DNA of 64,000 nucleotides from Octopus bimaculoides. Lineage: Eukaryota. The DNA lies in the NCBI RefSeq assembly GCF_001194135.2, contig NC_068990.1, positions 65,096,397-65,160,396 of the forward strand, read 5' to 3'. Below the pieces are notes generated by a model that had not been told where the DNA came from, ran no database searches, and saw only the letters and a program-made list of their open reading frames with translations. Below, piece by piece: positions 40,288-53,600 of this stretch. Made by a program: the position numbers and the translations under genes. Within the stretch, counting starts at the first letter, position 1. Every line of letters starts with the position of its first letter.

Positions 40288-43200
40288 ATGCACAGATAAA
40301 TACATACTCATTTACATATTTTTATATGTATCACTTAAGAAGAAATGTCTGTGTGTTTAGGGCGAAAATAAACAGAAGTGAAGATAGAATGTACCTTTGA
40401 AATATTGGAAGATCTATAAGATCTCTTAAATATAGAACTCATTATTATTATTATTATTTATATGTTGCTACCAATTCATCTTGCAGGTGATTCTATTGTT
40501 GTTGCTCCCAGCCAAACCTTATCCAACCAAGAGTATCATATGCTGCGGGAGACGGCCATTAAAGTAAGTTAAACTTACCCAATATATTGCTAATTAATCA
40601 ACTTACACAACTAATTACCTCCTTACTTACACTATTTCAATGTTGTAATAATTAATGTAACCTTGTAAACAATAACTGTACAATAAATTTTCAACAGCTT
40701 GAAACTCTTCTTAGATACTGACTACTCAATCAAGAATTAAGTGTTTTGTCAGATAAGCAACTGAAGACAGTAAATAGGAGATTTTGACATTCTGAGGCTT
40801 TTACCTTCTATCTGAGAGTGAAGAAACTAGAGAGAAAGAGGTGCTGTGGTTTGGACTACAGACAAGTAAATGACGGAGGGATTGGCATAAAGTAGTGATA
40901 ATGGGAAGGGAGAAGATTAAAAGTAAAGGGGTGTAAGATGGTCTGAAGTCTGAATTGAAAATGAAGGAAGAAGTGGAAGATAAAAATTTGGAAGGGTGCA
41001 TTGAGAAAACTAATGCCTCAAACAAAGCAAAAAGTAAAATGAAATGGAAAGACAGGGAAATATTAAGCAGAGGGAGCAGAAAACAAGCAGCAACCACTTC
41101 TTGAAAAAAGTATTCAAGGATACAAGTATAAAGACATGAATTTTTTTTTTTTTTTTCTTCTTCAGAGGAATGAAATAGCTTCAGAAGTAAAAAGTTATAC
41201 CCAGAAATATACATGTGACTATATGCATACCAGAACAGAAGATATTTACATAGACATACATTTGCATAGATCATGCCTATGTAGACTCAGATATATATAT
41301 GCCTTCATTTACAAGTACACATACACATGTATATCATTTCATTCAAAATTAAGAAATTAAGAATATTAATTGTGTTTGTATTTATGGGTATGTATACAGA
41401 AATGTATGATTATGTGTACTCTCAGATACTTGTGTTTGTATGTGCATTGTGTGCATGTATGTATCTATCTTATATATATATGTATGTATCTATCTTTATA
41501 TATATGTATGTATCTATCTTTATATCTATTAAATTAAACAATAGGGTAAAAATTGGATATTAATTAATATCAATTTAATACCAGGTAACCAGCACATTAA
41601 AAGAATCAGGGAGATTCAGAAAAATTATCTGAATATCAAAGGATTATTGTATCTGTACATATAAAAATATATATAAAGGAGGCCACTAGGTGGACTGCCA
41701 ATGTGCTAGAAGAAGATCACATGTCATGTGTCTTCTAAGACCGGATAATTCTCAAAGGGAATTTAGCAAAGTAGCAAAAACGGAAAGCGAGCAAGGCTAG
41801 TGAAAATTACATAATGTAATTTTCACTAGCCTTGCCCATAGTAGACACATGACATGTGATCTTCTTCTAGCACATTAGCAGTCCACCTAGTGGCCTCCTT
41901 TATATATATTTTTATATATATTAAAGGTACATTAAAGATATTTCTTTTATTTGTTTCAGCTTCATTAGACTGTAGCCATGCTGGGGCACTGCCTTATTTT
42001 TCACACATTTTTATACATCTGAATGCAAAAGATATTTACTGTAGAAAGTTTCTCTCTTTAGCTTTTATGTGTGAAAAATACATTGAACTGAGCTGCAGTG
42101 GACTACCTGATACATTGCCTTCTCAGTGGTGATCGTTTTTATATACAAAGTCTATGGGGAGAAATTATCTCCAATCCTGTTGTTAATGCCTTTCATGTTT
42201 TAGTGGACAAGAACATCATCATTATCATCATCAACATTTAATGTCCATTGTCCATATTGGCATGGGTTGGACAGTTTGATCAGAGCTGGCAAGCTGAGGG
42301 GCTGCACAAGACTCCAGTCTGGCTAGGCATGATTAACATGATTTTTTAGTTTTATCTCACTTGGTGGCACCTTGGGCAGGTATCTTCTGAGGTTGACTGA
42401 TGCTTTCTGAGTGGGATTTGTAGACAAAATCTTGCCATAAGTGTATGTGAATATTTACATTCTGCATGTTTGCATGAAATCATCATTTGAACAAACAGTG
42501 ATTTTATGTTGATATTCCCCTTTAAACTGTCCCATAATTTCTTGACTTTCAAGAATGGTGGAATAGAAAAAAAATCTCTTCCTGTGAAAAAAAAAACAGA
42601 TAATGGATAGCAAAAGAAGGGCATCTAGCTGTAAAACAATGCCTCAGTGATAAGTCTTCATCTAACTAGCATGGAAAAAAATTGATATAAACTGAATGAA
42701 TGAACAAACAGTGTATCATGAGTTTCTTTAGATTAAAAATTTTTCTTTCAAATACCAGAAGCAGTATTGTGCTTTACATTAAAGCATGGCATAATGGCTA
42801 CAGCAGTGTTTGAACTCAGAAGCATGCACATCATAGGTTCAAACAGTCCACTAAATTAGAAAGAGAAAGAAGACATATATATATGTATATCTAAACTGCT
42901 TCGCTTCATCTCTATGACAAACTGAACTGTTTTTACTTCATAAAAAATATTGTAACAGGAAGTATTCATTCTTTCTAAAATGTTGCTTTTGAATTCATTA
43001 TTTGTTTTTTTTTTTTGTTTTTTTTTTCTCTAGGTTGTCCGACACTTTGGCATTATTGGAGAGTGCAATATTCAGTATGCTCTTCACCCAACATCATTAG
43101 AGTACTGCATTATTGAAATCAATGCTCGTCTTTCTCGAAGTTCTGCTTTGGCTTCTAAGGCCACTGGGTAGGTAGAACTAGTTCGATTTCTACTGCTTGT

Positions 43201-44541
43201 TACTTTAGCATATGTTTTAGATACACTGCATCTTTTCATATAACTAAAAGGGTTGGTCACAGGAAGTGTCTTCAACCATTAAACACTGCTCAAAAAAATT
43301 GTCCAACCCATGCCAGGATGAAAAGGCAGAGACAGAGAGAGTAAATGAGAACTGAAATTAAGTACCTGTCAAGTGCTGGAATCAATAAAATCAACTAACT
43401 CCCTCCCCTAAATCTGTGGCCCTCTATTTTTTTAAAGTACAAGTACTTAATTGATACTTTATTTTATAGATCACAGAAATATGAAAAGCAAAGTTGATTT
43501 CAGTTTTAAGAATCATAACTAAATATTAGGTATTTTGTCCTAACAAAGCCACTTCATATTCTTTATTATGGAATTCTTATTACTCCCATAGACACTATAT
43601 CCTTCAAAACTTCCATGCTTCCTGAAATTCACCAACAATACCCTGTTTCTTTTTTTTTAAAGATTTTTTTTCATTGTTCATTTTCTGTACATATGCTATG
43701 TACTGTTCATGTAGATTTGGTTATTTTTTCTGATGAGTTGTAGTGCACTTGAGCCCTGTATACAATAAGTTCATTATAGATGTCACTTCATTTCAGGTAC
43801 CCATTAGCATTTATTGCTGCCAAACTGGCTCTGGGTATTCCTTTGCCCAGTCTTGAAAACAAAACAACCCAAATGACAACAGCCTGCTTTGAGCCAAGTT
43901 TAGATTACATCGTTACCAAAATTCCACGCTGGGACCTTGATCGCTTCCAAAACATTTCCAAAGAGATTGGCAGTTCAATGAAAAGTGTCGGTGAAGTAAG
44001 TACTTTAGCATCACTTTTCTTAAGTTATACAAATCCTTTGCTTTAATTGGTTTATTCCTGAAATTTCTTGTTGGTTGCATCAAAAAGATGGCAATCAAAG
44101 TTACCTTATATTTGATTTATTTTTTTCTTTAGGATTAGTAAAAAGCCCCTGCAGTGTTTAGTTTTATCTCCTTAAGTTTAAAATTCAAATCTTTCTAGCA
44201 TCTGCTTTTCCATTCATTCTTTTTGGGCACTGATAAAATAAACAGTAGTCTAATATTAAGGTTGATCTAATTAACTACACTCTCCAAAATTTTAATATAC
44301 ACACGCACATACACACACACACACACTACATTCAGTCTTTTCTCTCCCCCTTTCAAAACAGTGGTGCAGAACTGGAAAAAATGTATTTGTTTTTTTTTGT
44401 GGTGTTATTGATTGAAATTTAAAATCCAAATCTTCCTGGCATCTGCCTTTCCTTTTATTCTTTTTGTGGGGATTTGATAAAATAAGTACTAGTCTAACAT
44501 AAGTTTTGATCTCTTCAGCTACACTCTCCAAAATTCTAATG

Positions 44542-44575
<34 letters not shown>

Positions 44576-47500
44576 CTCTCTCTACTGGTGCAGAACTGGG
44601 TAAAAAATGTTTCTGTTCTTTGGTGGTGTTGATGATTACAATGATGTTGAGTGTATAAAAAACTGTGTGATGGGTTCAGTATCTCAGTATTTTTTACTCT
44701 TAACAGCAGTAATGAGGGAACTTCTGTGTAGTCACTTGGTCTGCTAGAAACCGAAGCAAAATCCCTCTGAAGTCACATACTCCACCCAAGTAACTTAAAA
44801 CAGGGAGGAAGCATGTTTATACATGATAATGTACTTTTAGGTACAGGTACACCTTAAAAAAAAAACAGGATGATTATGATTTAACTGTCATTAATCAGAA
44901 GATTACTTGATAGTAACTGCTCTGGGGTTAAATAATAACAACAATAATGTTTCCATCCATTAGCCAGTGTCTGATGCAATGAAAAGTTGGAAGTCTTATT
45001 GAGTGAGGAGAATTTGTTTATTTTTAATAGTATATACTAGTCAGAGGATTAAGGGCTATACCCACAATATATTTTTGCAGGCCACCAAGACTGTGAGATT
45101 GATGTGGTTAACATCTGTAGAAAGGATACTAGGTGGGATGATGTAGGTCTGATTGAAATGATTGTAAGCAAATGAACTGTAGCAGAGGCATCCAGAAACT
45201 GGCTGAAAGGGTTAATATTGGCAGTGTGTTATGCTTACCACCCAAATTTGTCATCATCTTCTGTAAGTTGGTAATCAGATTGATCTCAGAAAAATGATGG
45301 TTTGTAGAAATAATCATCATCCTCATTAACGTCATCATAATTATTATGATAGTTGTTGTTTTCAATATTATTTGGTTTTTATTCTTCCATATTTGATTTG
45401 TTGATGATAATGATGAAAGATGATGAATATGCCAAGAAAAATGAGTGTGAATTGAGCCAAACACAACATAAATATTTGAAGTGCAAGCAAAATACACTTG
45501 TCTCTACCTTCAAGATGTGCACCCTCAGAAACCTAAACCAACTCCCTGAACTTGATTGCCTCAACCATCAAGGACAATATTGAGGTTATCTGTCTGCAAA
45601 GAAGACAGGCCTTATCTTAATGATATTGAACTGAACTACCACAATGCTGGTCAAGGTTGGACTTTCATCTCAGCCTCAGCTTGGAAAATTCCATCATTTC
45701 CACCATTTATGGCATGAGCATGCTACTAAGCCCACCTGCCCTCAACTCTTTAAACAGCAAAATGAAAATTCATGCAAAAATAGTTATAGCCTCCTTTCAA
45801 GGAAATCCAGAAACATTTCTCATATCTTGCTTTTTTTTCACCAACAAACACAGCTGACAAAGAAGAGGTTTTGAATTTTTATTGTGTTTTAGATACTAAA
45901 GCAGTGTTTTCATGATATGAATAACTATCTCAAAAAAGCCAAAGTCCATAAATGCACATTCCACACAGCAATGAACAGAAATGGCCAATATCTAACTCAA
46001 TTTATTCTTGAAAATCAATTAGTATGTTTAAATGCCAAATTCCAAAAGAAACCCCTCCAAGCTATATACATTCACCAATACCACTAGCATGAATGCCTGA
46101 CTAGATTGACAAATGGACAAAAGGCTGCATACTCCCATTTCCAGAGAAAGTTCATCTGAGTCTCACAAAGAACTACAGAGGCATCACTCTTACAGCCATT
46201 GTTGCAAAAATTTTTAATTCATTGGATACAACCAGAAACTGAGAATGTTTTGAAAAGTAATCAAAGTTACTTCAGAAAAAATAGTTTAATCGTCAGACAA
46301 TCATCCACTGGAAGGAGTAACTGCTACAAATCTCGAAGCAGTATTACTGTTTGTTGATTTCTCAAAGGCTTTTGACTCCATCCACTTTAGTAAAATGGTA
46401 GAAATACTACTGACCTGTTATGATGCTCTATTACAACACTAAATCAATGGTGAAGTCCCCAAATGGAGATACAGTTTCTTTGACATCAAAGCAGGAGTAC
46501 TCCAATGGAGCATTCTGGCACCTTTTCTCTTTTCTCAGAACATCACTTAACATTTTAAACAGCCTCAGTTTCATACTCATAAAAAAATGATCAATTGGAT
46601 ATCCAGCTCAAAAATTAACTGATGCAGATTATGCTGATTATTTAGCCTTGCTCTCTGACACAATATCAAACTCCACTTAATTACTTTATAGACTAGAATT
46701 AGCTGCACATGATGTTGAACTACTTGTTAATCTTAGTAAAACCAAGTTCATTGCTCACACTCGACAAAGATCCATTACAGATATCAGCAGAGATCTCATC
46801 AACCAAGTGGATGACTTCATGTGTCTCATTTCTGGGATAGCCTCAACTGAAAAGGATGTAAAAATGTGGATTGCCAAAGCATGGTTGACCCTAAACAAAC
46901 TGGATATTGTCTGGAAATCAGCTGTGTCAAACAACCTAAAGGGGAATTTTTTTCCCTGCAACAGTAGAGTCAGTCCTTTTATATGAAGTAACAACCTGGA
47001 TGCTTACCAAAAGAAAAAAAAAAAATAATTAATTCCAAGTTAGATGGGAACTTAAACCCAAGTGTTAGGGACAGTCTTAAATATATCTTGGAGAATTTAT
47101 CCCACCAAGAAACAGCTATATGGAGATCTCTTGTCTGTTTCCACCTTTACAAGGGGAAGACACTTGAAATTTGCAGAACATTGCTGATGAGCTAAATAGG
47201 AGTTGGCAAGTGCTGCTATGGATGCCAAAGTATGTTGTCCAAGCACAGACAGTGAATACTTCCCTGAAGACCCCCCTCAACTAATGTAGGATGGGATGGA
47301 TGGTGTGTGCAGATTGAAAATGTCTGAGTAAACTTGACCCGATGATGATGATAGTATTGGTGATGGTGATAATGATGGTGGTGGTGGTGCTATTGGTGGT
47401 GGTGGTGGTGGTGGTGATGATTGTGATGATAATATGATGATAATGATAACTGAAAAAGTGTTAACTTTTTACTTTGTCATTTGATTGTAGGTGATGTCAA

Positions 47501-50500
47501 TTGGACGGACATTTGAAGAAAGTCTACAGAAAGCTCTTCGGATGACACACCCTTCCATTGAGGGATTTAGCCCCAAGCTGCCTGCAGGTAAGACCTATCC
47601 ACCTGAGTTTGACCTTGAAGCAAATCTGAGGGTGCCAAACAACACTAGGATTCATTCAATAGCAAAGGTGAGGTTATGCATCATTTCTTTCATTTTCAAT
47701 AATAAATCTGAAAAAGAAGTACTACTTGTAATAACTTCCATCTCTTTCAAGTCTCTGTGTAGAGTATTGGTCATTAAGTGATGCTAGTGTAGTTTGATGA
47801 GTGATTATAGTTAATTGTTGGAATGAACACAGAAAGGAATTCCTGAGATTTGCCATGCTGGTGAGAAAGGATAAGACAAAGTGTTTAGTATCCTGTCTAG
47901 AGTTCAGTGTCATACAGTATATATATTTTTGTGTTTGTGTGTGAGTGTATTAGTGTGTATGTATGAAAATACACCTTTAGTTTGATACTCATGCATACAC
48001 ATAGTAGTAGTAATAGTACTATTATATCTTGTGTATGATGGGTGACATATACAAGTCAATCTGGAGCACCCACTTCCCAGATCAATGGATGTATGCATTT
48101 CAGAGTAGTTATTTCCTCTTCAGCATCAAACACTGGTTGAAATATGTCTCTAACATATTTGAATTGGTAACAAGTTTATATTTCTACACATCACTGCTTA
48201 GTGCTTCCAATCCATTTTTTACTATGGCCAGACTGCCAATTAGTGCAACCAGTCACAGTACTTTGACTGGAATATAATAGAGAATGGTTTCTCATAGTGC
48301 TTCTCTTTCCAGTGTTCAATTACTTTGAAATGCATACAAATGAGCAGCATATAGACTGGAGGAATAAGAAGCTATCATAGAGGGAGAGGAGCAGGTGTCT
48401 TGCTGAAGAGATGAATACATGGTTTGCCTATATATACCAGCACATAATAATTTCTTTTTAACTGAGAGTAATTTACTGACCAATATAGGTGCCGGCATGA
48501 CTGTGTGGTAAGAAGCTTATTTCCCAACCGCATGGTCCCAGGTTCAGTCCCACTGCGTGGCACCTTGGGCAAATGTCTTCTAGTATAGCCTCAGGCTGAC
48601 CAAAGCCTTGTGAGTGTATTTGGTAGATGAAAACTCAAAGATCAGTGTGTCTTTGTGTTTGTCCCCCTCACCATTTGACAACCAGTGTTGGTGTGTTTAT
48701 GTCCCTGTAACTTAGTGGTTTGGCAATAGAGACTAATTGAATAAGTACTAAGCTTTAAAAAAAATAAGTCCTGGGGTTGATTTGTTTGACTAGAATCCTT
48801 TAAGGCAGTGCTCCAGCATGGCTACAGTCAGATGACTGAAACGAGTAAAAGAATAAAATAGTTGTATATTTACAAATCATAACTTAAAATATTACTCTCT
48901 CAACACATTACTACAATCCTTATTCCACACTCTTAATTCTGCATTTTTAGTTATTTATATTTACTCTTCTTTAAAAAGCCTATCTATCCACTCTGTTAGG
49001 CATTCCACGCTGGTTACAGTGTTGAAGATGTGCATCAGTTGACACAAATTGATCGGTGGTTCCTGCACAAACTCCTGAGTGTTGTCAACTTAGAGAAAGA
49101 TCTTGCTTCATATTCAAAGTAAGTTTCCTCCACATTGCAAATTTATATTCCATTACATATGTGTATCATTTCTTGTTATGCTTATTGTTGATGATAACAT
49201 TTCAAGCATATTAAAAACATTTGATCAAATTCTGATATTGATTTTGATGCTTTTGTAGTTGAGAATTGTTGTTTTATGTGTTTTCATTGTTATCAATATT
49301 GCCATAGTTAATATTGACAGGCTTTTAAATTTCTAAATTATATTTTTTATGTTGTAGTTGAGTAGAGATTGTGTAAAGTTTAGAAAAAAATTATGTTAGT
49401 GTGCTCCACTGGGTGTGTGATAATGTGTACATGAATATCAAAGCACAAATGAGCTTAGAGAAATACTTGTATCAGAGTCAAATGTAATGTGCCAAAAGGA
49501 AGACTGAGCTGGCATAGACATAAAGTGCGTACAGGGGATGACAGTTGGGTAAAAATGTGCCAAATTATTGAAGCAGAAGGAACCTGTGGTAGATAAAGAC
49601 CAAAGAAAACATGGTAAGATGAGGTGAAGAGAGGTTTCAAGAAGCTGAACATCATGTAAGAAATGACAAAAAAAAAAACTATAAGTGGAAAGACGCTATA
49701 TTGGAGAAAATTTGTCCAACTCAAGCAAGCATAAAAGGAAATCATAAAAGGATGATGGTATAGACATGCATTTTTTATGTGTCTCTTTAATGTCAGCTAT
49801 TTTGTTTTTCTAGGGAAACTATTGAGGAAGAAATGCTGAGGCTGGCAAAACAAGCCGGTTTTTCTGATAAGCAGGTTGGAAATGTGTTGGGAATCAGTGA
49901 AGATGTAGCTCGAGGGCTGCGAATCAAGAAAAATATAATACCCTGGGTTAAACAGGTATGTTTTTAACCATTGGTTCTGAATTGAACCAGTGGTTCTGAT
50001 TTCTCTGCAAACTGCTGTTCAGAATTTACATTTTTACTTTTCCTTGTGTCTTTCTTGAAAAGTAGATTTATGTGTTTACATTAGCATATATATTTACATA
50101 TACTGATTTGTGTGTGTGCATATATACATACACACACGATCATCACATCACTGACCATTGTCCATGCAAAATGCCAGCACTGCCCATGTATGAGGTTGTT
50201 TCACCTGTGGTCATCTTCACCTGGGTTATCCCTGTGGCTTCAGTGCTTACCGCGCACCCTTCTATTCAACCAGGCATTGGAAGCCATCTCGCTGGCTATT
50301 GCACAACCTAGAATTTTAGGTCCAATATAGCTTGTACAACACCTCACAGTTCCTCTATGCACAATTGACATACTCCAGAAACAAGTCAGTGCAAGCTATT
50401 CAGTATCAATATGGGTTATACCTCGGTAATGTTTGAGAACTATGGTTTCAAGCACAAGCAAAAGATACCTAAAATGCTCAATGCCATTCCCTGTATATCT

Positions 50501-52770
50501 GGTTTTATATCAGAATGACCTTCTCCTAGAGACATGCTTTAACAAAAGCTAAGAGGTGCCTCATTCCTAGTGGTTATCCAACATGCCAGACACCAAACCA
50601 GAATTTCTGAGGGCCTGTGTTACTGATAGTCATTGAACATACACTAGGTTGGCCTGTACTATTGATAGATAGTCATTGAACTTACACTAGGTTCATTTGT
50701 CCTTTTGACAGGTCTTGTTTTTAGCCCTGCTGGGTTTCTAGCAACCCTTCTCACCAGGCAAACCTAGTGGGGATACTGGTTTAGTCACCGACAACCCAAC
50801 TGTGCAGCAGATTGTACTAGATTCCATGTTACCAGTAGCACTCATGACCTAACATATACATATACACACACACACACAAGTGACCTGACATATACATATA
50901 TACACACACACAAGTGACCTGACATATACATATATGCAAACACACATACATATAATGCAACTGTGTATGAAAAGAGACAGGAGGAAAAGGATTATATCAA
51001 AATTCAGTTACATTCTTCAGGTATCTTTGATTAACCTCAGTATTCCTTTTATTTCACCAGATTGATACAATGGCAGCTGAATACCCTGCAAAAACCAACT
51101 ATCTGTATTGTTCTTACAATGGAATGGTAAGTTGTGGAATATTACACCTCTCTGGTACACACACATACTTTCTGTTCCTGGGAAGATTTGAAATCAGCAC
51201 TTCACTTCAGTCCAACAAAATATTTATCAGTTGTCTATGCCAAATACAGCAACAAACTGCACCATCTTGAAATGTTATGAATAATGAAAGGATTGCGATT
51301 ACAGATTGTCTTTTCTTGCACCATTAATGACAATATTCTATTCTTCAACCTGTTAGAGCTGGTCAAAAATTTACTGATGTCCCTCATTGCAAGTGAACAT
51401 ATTTTAGCATTAAGTTTGTTTTAACATAACGTGGTACAGTCTAAAGTAGATTCCATTTTTTTAAAGTCCAGTGTCCCCTTTCACCAAATAGCATTTTACA
51501 AATATCCCTTCTCATGTTTTGTAGAAAAAATACATATAATAAAAATAAAAATATGACAGATCAATTTAATCAAACTGAAGCTAATTTTGTACAGTAAGTT
51601 ACTATCCATTTTTTTTTCTTAAACTCTCTTATCCAGTGTATCCCACTTTTTAGATATTTGCATGAATTAATACCCCTATGTTAAATATTTATAGAAAAGG
51701 CACAAGTGTGGCTGTGCAGTGAGAAGTTTGCTTCCCAAGAAAGTGGTTCTGTGTTCATTCCCACTGCATGGCACCTTGGGCAAGTGTCCTCTAGTATAGT
51801 CCTGGGCTGTCCAAAGTCTTGTGAGTGGATTTGGTAGAAAGAAACTGAAAGAATCCTGTCACATGTTCATACATACATACATATATATGTGTGTATGTAT
51901 GGTGTGTTATGAGAATTTATGGAAATGTATCCCATAGAAACTCAACAAGTATGTTAAAAAATGGAGAAGAGAAGATGTTGAAATATAAAAGAACTTTAAT
52001 ATGTGCATACGATCGTTTTGAACAGTGATATTAACATGTAAATAACATGGTAGAATAATTAAAATTAATTTGATTAAATTAATTATATATCACTGTTCTC
52101 GTCTATGCAAAAAGTATACAACAGGAATTATTACTATTTCAGAAGGCTTGATGAAGGAAATGGCAGATAACAAAATTCAGATAGACATATTTTATCCTTA
52201 TGGAAAATTGAGAGTATACTAAAGAATCTAGTTGTGTATAAACTAAAACTGATGCAGCTAACAGTTATTTGAAAATATGAGTGAGAATATTTAAGACACG
52301 TTCCCTCTATATGATAATAAATAGCTAAGTAATTTTAACTCCAAATAAGTCATTTATCATAGAAAGTTTGATAGATGTGTCCAATGGAAAGGTATGGTTG
52401 TGTTTGAATTAATATATGAATTGGCAGTTATAAGTAATATTAGGTATGGTGTGTATTTAAAACATTTTTTTTGTGTGAGAATGAAATTAAAACTAGTAAA
52501 TGTAGTAATATGTAGTAGGCTGTTAGAATGCAACGATAATAAGAGTTAGTAGAAATTCTTCAATAGTTACATATTTTGTTATTTGGGAAATTTTGTTAGT
52601 GTGAGAACTTATGTTCATTTGTGTGTATTAAATATAAGGTAAAAATATAAAAATAGGAAAATTAGTTGTTGATATTACAGAATTAAAACAGTAAATACTT
52701 GCTGTGGCTAAAGATATTTAAAAAAATGTTCATAGATGTAATATATTGTAATACTGTATATTGTATACTG

Positions 52771-52812
<42 letters not shown>

Positions 52813-53547
52813 GTGCAAAGTGAAATAATTGTAGGCAACGTTAAATGATTAATTAATCTATTCATATCCATTGAATCTATCAATTTCCAAACTTATTTAT
52901 AATATTTGATGTCTTATAATATGCTCATTGAAGAAATATCTTTCCAAAATATATATTAGACTAAAGCATCTTAGATAAAACAAACCCTATATATATATAT
53001 ANNNNNNNNNNNNNNNNNNNNNNNNNNNNNNNNNNNNNNNNNNNNNNNNNNNNNNNNNNNNNNNNNNNNNNNNNNNNNNNNNNNNNNNNNNNNNNNNNNN
53101 NNNNNNNNNNNNNNNNNNNNNNNNNNNNNNNNNNNNNNNNNNNNNNNNNNNNNNNNNNNNNNNNNNNNNNNNNNNNNNNNNNNNNNNNNNNNNNNNNNNN
53201 NNNNNNNNNNNNNNNNNNNNNNNNNNNNNNNNNNNNNNNNNNNNNNNNNNNNNNNNNNNNNNNNNNNNNNNNNNNNNNNNNNNNNNNNNNNNNNNNNNNN
53301 NNNNNNNNNNNNNNNNNNNNNNNNNNNNNNNNNNNNNNNNNNNNNNNNNNNNNNNNNNNNNNNNNNNNNNNNNNNNNNNNNNNNNNNNNNNNNNNNNNNN
53401 NNNNNNNNNNNNNNNNNNNNNNNNNNNNNNNNNNNNNNNNNNNNNNNNNNNNNNNNNNNNNNNNNNNNNNNNNNNNNNNNNNNNNNNNNNNNNNNNNNNN
53501 NNNNNNNNNNNNNNNNNNNNNNNNNNNNNNNNNNNNNNNNNNNNNNN

Positions 53548-53600
<53 letters not shown>

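Noticed and set aside
50625-50693. 26-bp direct repeat with a 17-nt spacer (CRISPR-like look)
   Set aside because: Only two copies in a eukaryotic intron; simple local duplication
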